This document shows positions 1-13,686 of a DNA stretch of 64,000 nucleotides, in pieces. The DNA comes from Adineta vaga (taxonomy: Eukaryota; Animalia; Rotifera): positions 3,038,001-3,102,000 of the forward strand of contig CP075492.1 in NCBI GenBank assembly GCA_021613535.1. The letters are read 5' to 3'. The notes beneath the pieces were generated by a model. The model searched no databases, was not told the origin of the DNA, and saw only the letters and a program-made list of their open reading frames with translations. The translations under genes were made by a program, and so were the position numbers. Within the stretch, counting starts at the first letter, position 1. Every line of letters starts with the position of its first letter.

Positions 1-1242
1 CAATTAATCCTTGAGGACTATTTAATTGATTAAGATTATTTCCTTGACCATTTCCTCCCGCAACAACAATTCCTTCATTTGCATCTTTTTTCCATTTCAT
101 CACACGATGATTGTCTCGATCTGATACATAGATCGATTGTTCATCATCAACAAACATAAATGTTGGATGATTTAATTGATTAAGTCGATCACCTTTACCA
201 TTTCCACCTGCTAATAACGTTCCTTGTTTCTCACCTATTTTCCATCGTCTTACTTCATTTTTCATACAATCAGAAGTATAAAGAAATCCATCTTTGTCTA
301 TTGCTAAACCACAACAATCAATATTCCCAATAAGAATTTGTGGTTGTAATCTATTTTCATAAAACCATCGACTTACTCGTCGATTTCCAAAATCAGCAAT
401 AATAAATGAACAATTCTTTTTGTCGAAGATCATATCTGTTGGACTATTTAATTGATCAATACGATATCCTTCTCCATTTCTACCAGCAATCATTTTTGCT
501 TTCTTTGCATTATAGTCCCATTGAACAAGACGATGATTTTTAGAATCAACAATATAAATTGTTTGATCTTCATCAATGCAAACTACTTTAGGACTATTCA
601 ATTGGTGTAAATCATTACCGTAAACCCATCCACCAGCTATAGTATTTCCATTCTGTTTCCAATTATTATATTTTAATTCTAAAACCCAAAATAAACGTTT
701 AATTCGATAAGAAACAGAAAAGACATACTTAATGATGATGATCGAATAGAAATTCTATCAATAAATGATTGTGACTGGTATTTAATACAAATCTTTGATG
801 AATCATTAAATTCTTCGATAATTTCTTTTAATTTTTCCTTTAAATGATTTAAATTTATTTCATTAAATTCATTTTCTTGACGAATAACTTTTATTTGTTG
901 ATTGAGCTGGTGAAATTTGTCTTGAATTTCATCGATAAGTAAATCTGTATATTGTGCAAATCGTTTTCGACAATTTTGTGCTGTTTGTTGAATTTTCTCA
1001 ATTGCATCTTTTTCCCATTGGTTTATTTTTTTCATTAATGAAGAATTTTTCGAATTTTCTTTTTAATCAATAATTATTTGTTGAAATTGATTAAAATCAT
1101 TTATCATTTCATCTAATTCTCCATGTAGTACATGTCGATGTTCACCTAAATGTTCATAACAAAATTCTTTAAAACATCCCCGACAAGGATATGTAATTTT
1201 ATCTTTTTCACATGTAGAACACTGTATTTTATTATTTTCCAT
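1..1242 (-). pseudogene. B-box-like/coiled-coil + NHL-repeat protein with one in-frame stop; 3' end runs off the window
   Basis: ATG at 1242 gives MENNKIQCSTCEKDKITYPCRGCFKEFCYEHLGEH (Cys/His B-box-like). In-frame TAA at 1065-1063, then the frame continues into ORF 679..1035. Intron 728-679 (GTATGT..TTTTAG), then NHL repeats (AGGNGKGDRLNQLNHPTFMFVDDEQSIYVSDRDNHRVMKW). Confidence 0.8.
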
Positions 1243-1415
1243 TCTACTTAGTTAAGTATCAAAACGAAAAGAAAATTTATTTCGTATTGAATTCTATTGA
1301 TAGAAAAACAAACAAATAGAAGATCTTTTAACTATTCATATTAAACCAATCAAGCATGATTCCATATTTAATTCATATCTATCCATATTCTCGAAAAGTA
1401 ATGTCATTTCTGTAT

Positions 1416-2868
1416 TCACAAATTCATTAATTCAAATTTTTGTATTCGATGATTGGCCCAATCACTAACATAAAGATTTCCATTGCTATCGAATGATAAA
1501 CTACTAGGAGAAGATAATTGATTTGATTGATTTCCTTGACCATTACCAGCAACAACTATTTCACCCTCTTTACTTCCCTCATACCAACACATTATTCTAT
1601 GATTTCTATTATCTGCGATAAAAATATTATTCCATTTATCGATAAACGATCCACGAGGAAAATATAATTGATTAAGATTATTTCCTTGACCATTTCCACC
1701 TGCTACAATTACACCTTCTGTTGCATCTTGTTCCCATTTCATGATACGATGATTTGAATAATCTGTTACATAAATCGATTGTTCATCATCAACAAAAAGA
1801 TAAGTTGGAGAACTCAATTGATTAAGATGATCACCTTTTCCATTTCCACCTGCTACTAATTTTCCTTTTTCTTCTCCAATTTTCCATCTTTTTACTTCAT
1901 CCTTCTTATAATCAGAAACATAAAGAAATCCATATTTATCCATTGTTAAACAGCAACAATCAATATCATTAATAAGAGTTTCTTGATGATTTTGATTAAA
2001 CCATCGTACAATTCGTCTATTTCCATAATCAGCAATAATTAATGAATGATTTTCTTTATCAATAATCATATCTACTGGACGATTTGGATTATTTCCATTT
2101 TCATCATCGCCGACAATAATTTTACCAAATTTTTCATTCAATTTCCATTCAAGAATTCGATGATTATCAAAATCAGCAATAAGAATTGTATTATTTTCAT
2201 CTATAAGAATTTTTTCAGGTTTTGATAATTGATTTAATAATGTACCTTGTCCATTTCCTCCAACAATTGTCACACCTTGTTGTGCATATTTATTGCATTT
2301 TAATCCTTAAATTAAAAAAAAAAAAACAAAGAAATTTGAATTGATTTCATTTTGAACACTTATTACTAATCGATGATTTGATCGATATTCTATCAATAAA
2401 ACAATGTGATTTTTGCCGAACGAAAATAGTTGATGAATAATTAAATTCGACTTTCGCTTGTTCTAATAGTTGTTTGAGATTATATAAATCAGTTTCATTA
2501 AATTCATTTGTATCATGTATTGCTTTATTATTTTTGAATAAATGATACAATTTTTGTTGAGTTTGATTAACAAATACATTTGTGTATAAAACAGCTTTTT
2601 GTCGACATTCTTCTGCTCGTTTACGGATTTTTTCGATGGATTCTTTTTCCTATTGATTAATTTGTTGAATTAAAGATAAATTATGATTTCCATCAATAAT
2701 TGTTTGTTGAAATTGATTACAATCATTAACAATTTTATCTAATTCACCATTTAATTCTTGTCGATGTTCACCTAAATGTTCATAACAATATCTTGTTGAA
2801 CATCCATCACAAACATATGTGATTTTATCTTTTTGACACATAGAACATTGTATTCTGTTATTAGCCAT
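1416..2868 (-). pseudogene. B-box-like/coiled-coil + NHL-repeat protein, tandem paralogue, with one in-frame TAG
   Basis: ORF 2650..2868 (CxxC..CxxC..CxxHxxxH) ends in TAG where the paralogue has W (INQ*EKE vs INQWEKD), and the frame continues into 2347..2550. Intron 2366-2306 joins it to the intact NHL exon (ORF 1416..2273). Confidence 0.8.
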
Positions 2869-3199
2869 ATTGATATATCTCTGTGATAAGTCTAAAAAGA
2901 TGTAAGATCATTTGATGCATCGAATGTATATGACCTTAATTTCTTCATGAAAAAAAAATAGATTTCATTTTATGACTGTTAAGTTGATTTATTACTCAAT
3001 AAATGTATTTTAACAAATAATTTCATTAAAAACACAACTTTTCAATAGAACGATTTCCACTGATAATGACATCGTACTTTCTTTTCGTTCTTCACACTGA
3101 CACAACACATTTGTTCCCAATCACCAGCTAAGATTGAATTCAGTATCACTAAAAATTCTACTAATTATATTGATCTTATTTATTACCGTTTGTTCATAA

Positions 3200-3417
3200 T
3201 CATCAAAATTTTGACATTGTTTTTCTTTTCTAACGATTCGTTTCCCCAAATTGATTACGATTGGTTGTAATAAAGAAGAATTTGGGTATATTTCTTTTTG
3301 TTCAATAAATTATTAAAATTTCATCTAATTCTCTTTCTATAATTTGCCTTGCTGTTCTTCTAAATATTTGTAGCAAAATTCTTTGAAACAAGGATAGATA
3401 ATTTTGTTATTTTTCAT
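3200..3417 (-). pseudogene. Degraded third copy of the B-box/coiled-coil N-terminus of the NHL family
   Basis: Minus strand from 3417 reads MKNNKIIYPCFKEFCYKYLEEQ..., matching KITYPC..CFKEFCYEHL of the neighbours, followed by stops and frameshifts. Confidence 0.6.
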
Positions 3418-4402
3418 TGTTATATATATATGAAAAGAAGTTCGTATTAGAGTATATCACATAGATGTCATTAACTGTTGATAATGTATAAACAAATCTT
3501 TATAATACTTATATTTTCAAAGGTCGGAAGAAAAAAATCAATCATTTCATCTGACTGACATCGCTCACATGTTTGACTATTAAAGTAATATCCGTATTTA
3601 CTTCATCTCCTATGTAAACACAACCATAATATCGCCGCGACTATCTTTCAAAGTTATTATTCGTCTCAAAAAAATCGTTATAATAGTCTTCTTGTTATTA
3701 GTAGTTTTATTATTATTTTTATTGGCCTTTACATAGTTGTGTAGATTTGTCTTCTAATGTAATTTTATTACTTTTACTATCGGAGTTATGGTGTTATTCT
3801 ATTTGTTTCTAATGCGTAAAGATTTTATTGTTTATTCTAATTTTCTCCTAATAATTAAAATGTGAAAAAAGTATATGCTGAAGATATATTATAAACTTTG
3901 ATAAAATATGTATGGGTGTAATTTATTCACCATGACTCTCACCTCTCTCTTTCGAATTCACTTTCATAAAATAAGAGATAATTAACTGTAAAGGTAAAAA
4001 CCAACTTCAATTTACTTTCCTGATGTACCTCTGTATCGTAGTTATGAAAAACAATTATATATTACTCATTACGATCAATACTTGATGACTTAACTATGGA
4101 TGTGATGAAATTATAGAATAAACAATTTTTATGTTCTTTTTTACTTGCGTCATTATACCAGTATGGAACATTAAATTCATATAGCAGACGAAAAGAAAAT
4201 GGTATTACTTGTTTTGGAAAAAACCCAGCTATTTTATTCTCAACGTCATTTTCTCTGTTAATAAAAGGAGCACAATAAATGGAAACAACTGTACATACTT
4301 TTCATTACCAAAGTTTAACTATTTGTTCATTAATTCATATATTTTTCTTTTTCTTTGGTATTATAATCATTGATTGTGAAATAAAAATACTAAAATAAAC
4401 AA

Positions 4403-5244
4403 ATGGGAAACGGTTGTACAAAAAATTGTTGTAAAAAGAAAGTATCTCCAAAACCTATTTCTAAGACTATTGTTAGTAATGTTGAAATAGGACCAACATA
4501 AATTCCAAATGGATGTTGTTTATCATATGCAGGTAAAAATATTCAATAATATTCGATCCAAACGTCTAAATTGTTTCCATTATAGGTGCATCTGTTGGTG
4601 ATAATCAGTACACTTGTCCAGTTCTTGCTGCACACATCTGGGACAAATCAATAAAGGGTGTAAAAGTCGTAGAGAATGTTTCAGGACCATCTGATGCTTC
4701 GAATACGAACGCAACTACTACTATGATACCAAACACAAATGAGAATGCTGAATATAAAGTTGGAATTAATCATGAAATTCAAATGCTTCCTATTGAAGAT
4801 ATTATTTCAATGAAAATATCCACTGAAGTTAATAAAGCAGTTGAGACAGTAAAATCAGTAGCACTTATACCGTCGCCGCCAACCGAAAAATTAACATGTT
4901 ATCAAAAAATGAAAAATGTCGTATGTTGTAAAAAGAAAAAAAATGAACCAGAACCTAAGTACGATATTAAAACAAAAGAAAAACAAAAAGCAACACGAAC
5001 TATTATTGTTACTATTGAATATATTCGTTATAAAATTGTATTTCATTATTTAAATAATGAAATATTTGATGAAAATGAATATAAAATTCAATTAGAAGAA
5101 TGTGAAACTCTTGCACGTCTTATAGTACAATTAAAAGGTATGAATTCTCATTATCCTAATGAAGAACAACTTCAAAATATTGTTCAACAACATCGTATTC
5201 GTCATTTTGGTCAAATAATCAATCAAGATATTCCAGTTTTATAA
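4403..5244 (+). pseudogene. Uncharacterised two-exon gene with MG-Cys lipidation-like N-terminus and one in-frame TAA
   Basis: ATG 4403 gives MGNGCTKNCCKKKVSPKP...GPT*IPNGCCLSYA with TAA at 4499-4501. A ~53-nt GT-AG intron (~4533-4585) joins in frame to ORF 4723..5244. Confidence 0.55.
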
Positions 5245-5309
5245 TAAAATACTTTTTTCTTTTCATTTATTTCATAAAAAATTTCGAGACTCATAGAAAT
5301 AATTTTAAA

Positions 5310-5364
5310 TTGAGGATGCAGGTGTAGATGAGGAGAATTGTATTAGCCATACCCACATCCTCAA
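5310..5364. repeat. Telomere-like mini-hairpin element (TTGAGGATG...CATCCTCAA)
   Basis: Short inverted repeat of G-rich/C-rich hexamer-like motifs; same family as 38738-38798 and 46795-46860. Confidence 0.5.
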
Positions 5365-6103
5365 ACTTAACGAATTAAAATATGATAATATTCATTTTTA
5401 GTTCTATGTTTTTTGTCTCTATAATGATAAATACACACACACGCCTATTAATATTAACATTATTTTATTTTATTGATTTGATCGATGATTTCTAACTCAT
5501 GCTATTATAATTAAAATAAAAAAAAATTCTGTTTTGCATATTATTCAGTTTTGTTGATTATAGTTAAATTGACAGTTTCTAATCGAAATGTAAATGGAAA
5601 ATATTATTTCTATGCACATGGTTTTTATTAAAATGACGATAAAAACATATTTTTCATTGATCGCCAATGAATAAATCAAAGGTAAAATATTTGTTAGATA
5701 AAAACTGGAAAAAAAGTATTGCGACTTACAGTTATTTTACTCACCTTTGACATAATATCGAATGATTCTTTGTCATTTCATTTGATAGAAAGTATTGATT
5801 GTACTTTTATAATTAGTGACGTCAAAGCACGATTGCTTGAAAACCTCGATTACTATTATTACTTGTTCTATTTATTTTAATTCGCAAATCAAGAAAGAAA
5901 AAGAAAATGTCATACGTTTTGATGATCACTGTAGATAAAATGAATAGAAATCACAATACAAATACGTATCGTTTACTTGTTTTTTCTTCTATTTAGTTTG
6001 TTGGACAGTAAATGTTCTCACTAAATATTTTGATGTATTAGAAAGTTTTCTTTTCGTTATATATTTTAGATAAAATTCATTGTTATTTTAAAATAAATTC
6101 ATT

Positions 6104-9100
6104 ATGGACGAGGTATGATTTTGATTTTAATCAAAAGAAACAGAAAAATGTTATTTAGATTGAAATGATTTCTATTCATAATCCAATTCAATCGAACGAA
6201 CGTTCGAATAATGAACAACAAACAACTATTGAAATAGATAAAATCTCAGAGTTACTTTCTGATGATCAAGAAAATTTAGCAGAAGATAAAGAAAACAACA
6301 TGGATGATTTGAATCAAATATCAACATCACCTTGGAATCTGTATGTTTATTTTCATTTTCATCAATGATTCTATTCTTCTTCTTCTTCTTTAAGAGAATG
6401 TTTTGGTTTGAAAATATCAAGTTCAATTATTGGTACTTTTGCATTTTCATTCTTATTACTTGTTATGATGACAATTGGAATCATTATTGTTTATCTCAAT
6501 GTACCAAAACCGAAAGGTTCGTTTTTTTATTATTATTTAATTATAATAAAGAAATTGAATATTTTTTTATTTAATTAAGAATTAAAATGTGAATTAAATT
6601 TCGTAAAAACAAATTCAAATCCAATTGAATATAAATATGGTCCACAATCTGTTGCTATTGGAGATTTTAATGATGATAGTTGGATCGATATGGTTATTTG
6701 TAATTCAATTATTAATAATATTGATATTTATTTTGGATCCATTGATGGAACATTTTCTAAACAATTTCAATATTCAACAGGAATTAATTCCATTCCAATA
6801 ATGGTTGCTGTCAATCATTTAAATAATGATTCTTATTTGGATATTGCAGTGACAAATTATGGAAGACATTCAATTGGAATATTTTATGGATTTGGTAATG
6901 GATCTTTTAAAGATTCAATTGAAATCTCAACAGGAATATCACGACCATTAACAATTCATTTAATTGATTTAAATAATGATTTATTATGTGATATTATTAT
7001 TATTAATTATGGAACAAATAGTTTTAGTATTTTTTATGGAAATAAAAATGAAATCTATTCAAAAGTAATAACATATTCAACTGGTTATGATTCAATTCCT
7101 TATTCATTAACGATTGAAGATTTAAATAATGATTATCAATTAGATATTATTATTGCAAATTATGGAACAAATAATATTGGAATTTTCTTTTCTAATCATA
7201 ATAATTCATTTCAAAATCAAATACTTATTTCAATGGGTATTGATTCTCATCCAACTTCAGTTGCTGGTGGAGATTTAAATTCTGATCAATTTATTGATAT
7301 TGTTGTGACAAATTCTGGTACAAAAATGATATGTGTATTATTAAATGATGGAAATGGAACTTTCTCAAAACAAACATTCTATTCAACAGGTTCAATTTTA
7401 CCATATTCAATTGGAATTGATGATTTTAATGGAGATAATCGATTAGATTTATTTCTTATTAATATTGGAATTAATAATACTGGTTTATTTCTTGGTTATG
7501 GTAATGGAAGTTTTCAAGAAGGAATAATGAATTCAACGGGATCTTCTTCATCGATTTCATTTGTTTTATATGATTTGAATAAAGATAATCGATTAGATGC
7601 AATTATTGTCAATAATGATACGGGAAGTATTGATATTCTTAAAGGTTATTTTGAAGGTTTTCCACCTCGTACAAAGTTTAATGTTCAATATCCACCAATC
7701 TTTGTAATTGTCAGTGATTTTAATAACGATAGAATATTAGATATAATACTTGTTAGTGATGAGAACAATACAATGATGATTCAACTTGGACGTAGTGATG
7801 GATCATTTGAAACTCAAAGAACATATTCAACTGATTCGAATCCAACTTCCGTAGCTGTTGGTGATTTTAATGATGATACGAACATGGATGCAGTTGTTAC
7901 TAATAAGAATAGTAGTAATATTTATGTATTTCGTGGAAATGGAAATGGTTCATTTATAGAACAACAGATAATTTCAACTGGTTCTGGTCCAGTTTTTGCA
8001 GCTGTTGCTGATTTTAATAATGACAATCGATTAGACATCGTTGTTACTAATTATGATGACAATACTGTGAGTATTTTATTAGGATTTGGAAATGGTTCCT
8101 TTGCAAATCAAATGACATATTCAACGGGTTCTAGACCACGATCTGTTGCTGCAAGTGATTTCAATAATGATCATTATCTTGATCTAGTTGTTGTCAATTA
8201 TGGTAATAGAACGATTAGTATCCTTCTTGGTTATGGTAATGGAAGTTTTGCAAATCATTTCACATATCCAATTGGTTATCATCCGTACTTTGTAGCAATT
8301 GGCGATTTCAATAAAGATACTCAAATAGATATTGCTGTTGCCAATTCTGGTAGTAACACTGTGAGTGTTCTGTTAGGATATGGGAATGGAAGTTTCACAC
8401 CGCAAGTCATATATGGAACAGGTACTCAGCCAACATCTATAAGTATTGGAGACATGAATAATGATACACAATTGGATCTTGTTGTGGCTTGCGTCAGTGT
8501 GACGAATATTTATATTTTATTTGGATACGGAAATGGTTCGTTTAGCGATGCAATATCGTATTACACAAGTGTACATTCATATTCTGTTGCCATTGGAGAT
8601 TTAAATAATGATACACGACTGGATATAATTGTAACAAATAGAAATAATACTTTTATGAGTGTATTATTTCAATATAATAGAGGTGCCCTTCTAAATGAAT
8701 TGACATATGCAGCTGGTGGAGGTTCGAAATTACGATCCATAGTCGTTGATAATATAAATAATGATACTCGATTAGATATTATCGTTGCTAATTACGGTAC
8801 TGATGATGTTGGTATTCTTTTTGGACAAGATAATGTTACTTTTCTAGATCAAATAATGTTTAGTATGGGTTCGAATTCTCAACCATCATCCATTACTACT
8901 GGTCATTTTAATGATGATATTTACTTGGATATTGCTGTAGCTCTTTCTGGTCCTAATCAAATTGGATTGCTACTTGGAAATGGCCATGGATCATTTATTC
9001 GTCAAGCTACTTATCAAATTCCTTCCATATTTCCTCCTGTCATTGTTTCCGCTGATGATTTCAATAATGATAGACAATCAGAAATTATTGTTGGGTACGA

Positions 9101-10778
9101 TGACAGTGATACTATTGATATGTACGTTATACACAATACTGGATCTTTTACACTTCATGAAACATATTTAGTTGGTTTACGTCCAATATATCTATGCTTA
9201 GATTATATTAATGCTGATACTTACATTGATATTGTTGTTGTCAATTACGATTCTGACGAATTAAGTATTCTCCTTGGAAATGCTAATGGTAGTTTTGCAC
9301 AAGCATTGACTTATGCAACTAGTGCTCGGCCAAATTCTGTTGCTGCTAGTGATTTTAATAATGATAATCAACGAGATCTAGTTGTTACTTATGGTGGTAC
9401 GAATTATGTGACTATATTGTTAGGATATGGGAATGGTAGTTTTGCAAATCCAATGACATATTCACTTGACTCTGGCTCATTATTTTCAACTGTGGGTGAT
9501 TTCGACAATGATACACAACCAGATCTAGTTGTGGTTGCTGCAAATGGCAACATCGTTTTGTTTCAAGGATACGGTAACGGTTCTTTCTCAAATGGAACTA
9601 AAATTGAAGCTACCGGCAACTCACGATACGTGATTGCAACTGATTTTAATAATGATAGCCGCTTGGATTTTGCTCTTGCTAATTATGGTCCTGATAATGT
9701 AGGCATCTTTATTGGTTATGGCAATGGTTCTTTTGCACAAGAAGTAACATATTCAGTTGATTCCAATCCATTTGCATTAGCAGTTGGAGATCTAAATAAT
9801 GATAATCGATTAGATATTGTTGCAGCTACATTGGGTCATCGTACCATTACTGTCCTTCTTGGCTATGGTAATGGATCTTTTGCAGATAAAACAATCTTTC
9901 CAGTTGGTATTCTGCCAGAATCCGTAGCTATTGGTGATTTTAATCTTGACAGTTTTCCAGATATAATTGTTGCCAATCTTGGTGAAAATTTTGTTAGTGT
10001 ATTGTTAGGATATGGTGATGGAAGATTTGCACCTCAAATTAAATATACAACTGGTTCTGGTGCACAATCTGTGGCTATTTTCGATTTAAATAATGATACT
10101 CAACTTGACATTGTCGTTGCCAATGCAGGTGATTGCAATGTAGTTGTCATGTTTGGTTCCCCAAATTTAGCCTTCAGAAATCAAGTAATGCTTTCAACGG
10201 GTAAAAATTCACGATCAAGATCATTTGTTATTAACGATTTTAATAATGATAATTATACAGATATTATCGTCGCTAATTCAGGTACTGATAATATTGGTGT
10301 TTTTCTTGGATATGGAAATTTCTCTTTCACAAATCAAACAACATATTCAACTGGTAATAATTCTTCTCCATATTCTATTGTGACTGGTGATTTTAATAAT
10401 GATACACAATTAGATATTGTTAGTGCAAATTCAAATTCAGACAATATTGGTATTTTTCTTGGTTATGGAAATGGTTCATTTACAAATCAAACAACATATT
10501 TCACGGGTTCATCTTCATATCCTTATTCTTTAGCTATTAGTCATTTTAATAATGATACAATACTTGATATCATAGTTGTTAATTATAATAATAATAAATT
10601 TGGAGTTTTTCTTGGACATGGTGATGGAACATTTGATAATATCATTTTCTTTTCGATGCCATATGGATCGAATCCATTCTCTCTCATTGTTGCTGATTTT
10701 AGTCAAGATGGAAAAATGGATTTTGTGGTTGCGAATAATGGTACAGACAATTTAAATATTTATCTACAAACTTGTTAA
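6104..10778 (+). CDS. Type II membrane protein with a very large FG-GAP/VCBS (integrin-alpha-like beta-propeller) repeat ectodomain
   Basis: 1362-aa ORF with >20 DxNxDxxxDIVVxN..LGxGNGSF repeats. Upstream exons (6104-6112, 6159-6340, 6395-6516, 6580-) splice in frame and add an acidic N-tail plus one TM helix (SSIIGTFAFSFLLLVMMTIGIIIVYL). Confidence 0.9.
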
Positions 10779-11050
10779 TATTTTTTCTTAATTATTCTAA
10801 TAAATCTTTGAAGCACAGTTGTATGATTATATAGATGCAATATTCAAGATTGAGTAGTCGATTCGAATTGACGAACTATAAATAAGGGCACACTGACGAC
10901 CGACTACGAGACGAGCAATTTTGATATCGATTATATAACAATTTGTCATTAAAAAGATTCGGTTTATTTTCATAATAAATAAATTAAAGAAAGAAAGAAT
11001 ATAATCATATTTCTACTAGACTAACTAAATCTATCAAATTATTATATTTA

Positions 11051-12244
11051 TTATAAGTTCTGTTCATAGGGAGTACAAGTAATTCCCGAAGGATGTTCAT
11101 AATAACTACATCGAACAGTCGAATTGCCACTAGGAGCAACAATATTCCAATTGGTAAACATTAAATTACAAATACCCAAAGGTGGACAATCAATTCTTGC
11201 AACAACAGGATCATATCTTTTCGAAGTTTTTCCAATTAAATCTTTGAACTTGATATCAACTAATTGAGCAGTTGATGGATATTTTTTACAAATCATTGGA
11301 TCTGTTTCATAACAATTATCAACTTGAAGAGCATAATCACAATTGTCAATTAGAATATTTTCATATGTAACATTTTTAACACTAACAGTTCCATAAGATG
11401 GACCACCTGGATAAAATTTAATTCGAGTTGCAACTATCGAATTGATCATAGTTACATTTGATATAAAAATATTTTGAACAATATAATTTCGTTGAGATTC
11501 TAATCCAAGACTTCCAACTGATAAACCATGAGATCCATTACATGTGATATTATTAACAAAAATATAATTTGAACCATTTTTAAATGAAATACAATCATCA
11601 CCATTTGTAACATGAAGATTCTTTATTGTTACATATGAACAATCACCTGTATCAAAACCATCAGTATTTGCAGGTCGATTTGATGATGTTGATATCGCAC
11701 TTAGACTTAAATCAGAAAATTCAATATTTGTAGAATTATTTGTGACAAAGAAAAACCAAAATGGTGAATTGATTATTTTTAATTTCGTAAAAATTATATT
11801 CGAACTATTATTCATTTGTATCAATAAAGGTCTTTGATAACTTTGATTACGAGCAAAATAATCCCAATAACTTTGTCCATTTCCATCAATTAATCCTGAA
11901 CCAGTTAAAGAATAAAATGTTCCTCTAATAACATTTGATAAAAGCAAAAACGCTGTTTTGCCTTCCCAATATTGAAGATCATCAGATATTTTAAGAATTC
12001 CTTCAATTTGAACGAAACAATGAAAACATTCTTTAAAATCTAGAGGACTTCGAATCATAAATATTTCACCAGCAGGAATAATAATAGTCCCTCCATTTCC
12101 ACACAGTGATAAAGCTTTACTAATTGCCGGTACATCATCAATCGAACTATTTCTTGCAGATGAAGGTGTACAAGTTTTTCCATTTATTAATGAATAATAA
12201 TGGAATAAAATTAACCAAAAAAGTTTTTCTTTATACATCAACAT
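11051..12244 (-). CDS. Secreted GH28 polygalacturonase (pectinase)
   Basis: Signal peptide; all four GH28 motifs present (NTDG, GDD, SHG, RIK); intronless. Confidence 0.93.
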   Translation of the reverse strand: MLMYKEKLFWLILFHYYSLINGKTCTPSSARNSSIDDVPAISKALSLCGNGGTIIIPAGEIFMIRSPLDFKECFHCFVQIEGILKISDDLQYWEGKTAFLLLSNVIRGTFYSLTGSGLIDGNGQSYWDYFARNQSYQRPLLIQMNNSSNIIFTKLKIINSPFWFFFVTNNSTNIEFSDLSLSAISTSSNRPANTDGFDTGDCSYVTIKNLHVTNGDDCISFKNGSNYIFVNNITCNGSHGLSVGSLGLESQRNYIVQNIFISNVTMINSIVATRIKFYPGGPSYGTVSVKNVTYENILIDNCDYALQVDNCYETDPMICKKYPSTAQLVDIKFKDLIGKTSKRYDPVVARIDCPPLGICNLMFTNWNIVAPSGNSTVRCSYYEHPSGITCTPYEQNL

Positions 12245-12370
12245 GTTTTACTTTCGAATGATAAATGATATTCTTATCTTCTTATTTTTATTCTACACGA
12301 ATAAGAAAGAATGTAGAAGATAAAATTCTTGAATAGATATGGGAGAAAAAAGAATGTTTTTCTTTCTTCT

Positions 12371-13686
12371 TTAAATTGAATTATAAAAAACGTGTCCCGG
12401 ACCAGCTGATATTATTTGATATTGACCAAATGTATTTGGTGAATATGTTGTAAAAACTAAGATATATTTAATATCCGATCGAAGTACAGCTGTTACTTGA
12501 AATTGACGTGAATCACCAGTATCATCATCTTGCCCGAGAAGATTAATTGATTGAGCAAATGGATAAAAATTACCTTGATAAATATAACCATAGGTATCAA
12601 GAGAACTTGAACTTTTGAATGAATATGTTCCGGTTACATTCACACGTATTTCAATTGCTTGATAATAATGTGGTCCAGACGAAGTTCCATTACGATCATA
12701 AAAAGAATTACTTGATGTTAATTGATTAAAATAATTGGAATTCATTATTGGCGCACGAGTTGTTGTTGTTGTTGTTGTTGTTGTTGGATTTATTGGATAA
12801 AAATAAACATTATCTGGACCATCAGCAATAACTGAAAATGGTCCTGTTATACCTGGTCTATGTGTTGTCACAACTAAGACATACGGATGACCAGCTTCAA
12901 GATAAACTGGTATTTTAAATTGACTATTAGATGAACCATCATCATTATAAGTTATTAAATTTAATTGTGGATTTGATGGATTAAATGATCCATTATAAAG
13001 GTATCCATGTGTATCTATGTTACTTATACTTGATAGATCATAATAACCTGATGTTTGAACATATAATTGAAGAGCTTCATAATAATGTCCATACTGATTA
13101 CTTTCTGGACGAGTGTATAATCCATCTGTAGATGATAATGAACCTGTATAATTCGAAATAACATTTGATTGGTCAGTTGTTTCATAAACTAAAAGAAAAA
13201 TAATCAAAATAATTCGATTAATATTATGATTCTAACTATAAACCTATTCCTGATGGACATGCTTGTTCACCAGTCAGTGATAATGGATAACATATTGATT
13301 CCAAAGAATTACAATTTGGATGACGAATACAAACTTCATTTGATAGACAAACATCATTTGGTTGTTGACATACACGAAATTGTGAACAAGAATTATCAAT
13401 TAATCCACAAACAAACGTTGAACTTGAAAATGAATATTGTAAACATCCACATCGAGTACTTTGTGAACATGGACTATATTGATATTGATTTCCATCTCGA
13501 CATGTTTGACAATTTATATTTACTAAAAACGAGAAATTTCATTCATTTTGTCGATAAAAAAAAGAAAGAAATTCGTTTACTTGTCAAACTAAAATTAAGA
13601 AAAACAAATTTTATTCAAGTAAATCGTTTCTTCTTTTTGTTTTACCTTAAAAGAACAAGAAGAGAATGAAGATTTATTCTTAACAT
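12371..13686 (-). CDS. Secreted protein: Cys-rich domain + two tandem PPC-like beta-sandwich domains with a Thr linker
   Basis: Spliced model: signal peptide MLRINLHSLLVLLSLT (needs 8-nt microexon 13581-13588), Cys-rich exon (CQTC..CGC..C..C..CIRHPNC..CYP..CP), then ORF 12371..13207 with two DT(H/Y)GY(L/I)Y...(N/D)DD repeats. Confidence 0.75.

Noticed and set aside
1063-4501. Alternative genetic code (TAA/TAG read as Gln) to explain the in-frame stops
   Set aside because: TAA and TAG terminate the other genes normally, and one stop replaces a conserved Trp rather than Gln.
6690-10778. Regular nucleotide repeats as a CRISPR-like or non-coding array
   Set aside because: They are degenerate coding FG-GAP repeats in one open frame; no identical repeat-spacer structure and no cas genes.
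13226-13669. 147-aa ORF conserved in both arms (also 53098..53541)
   Set aside because: Antisense to the Cys-rich exon and introns of the real minus-strand gene; conservation simply reflects the duplication.
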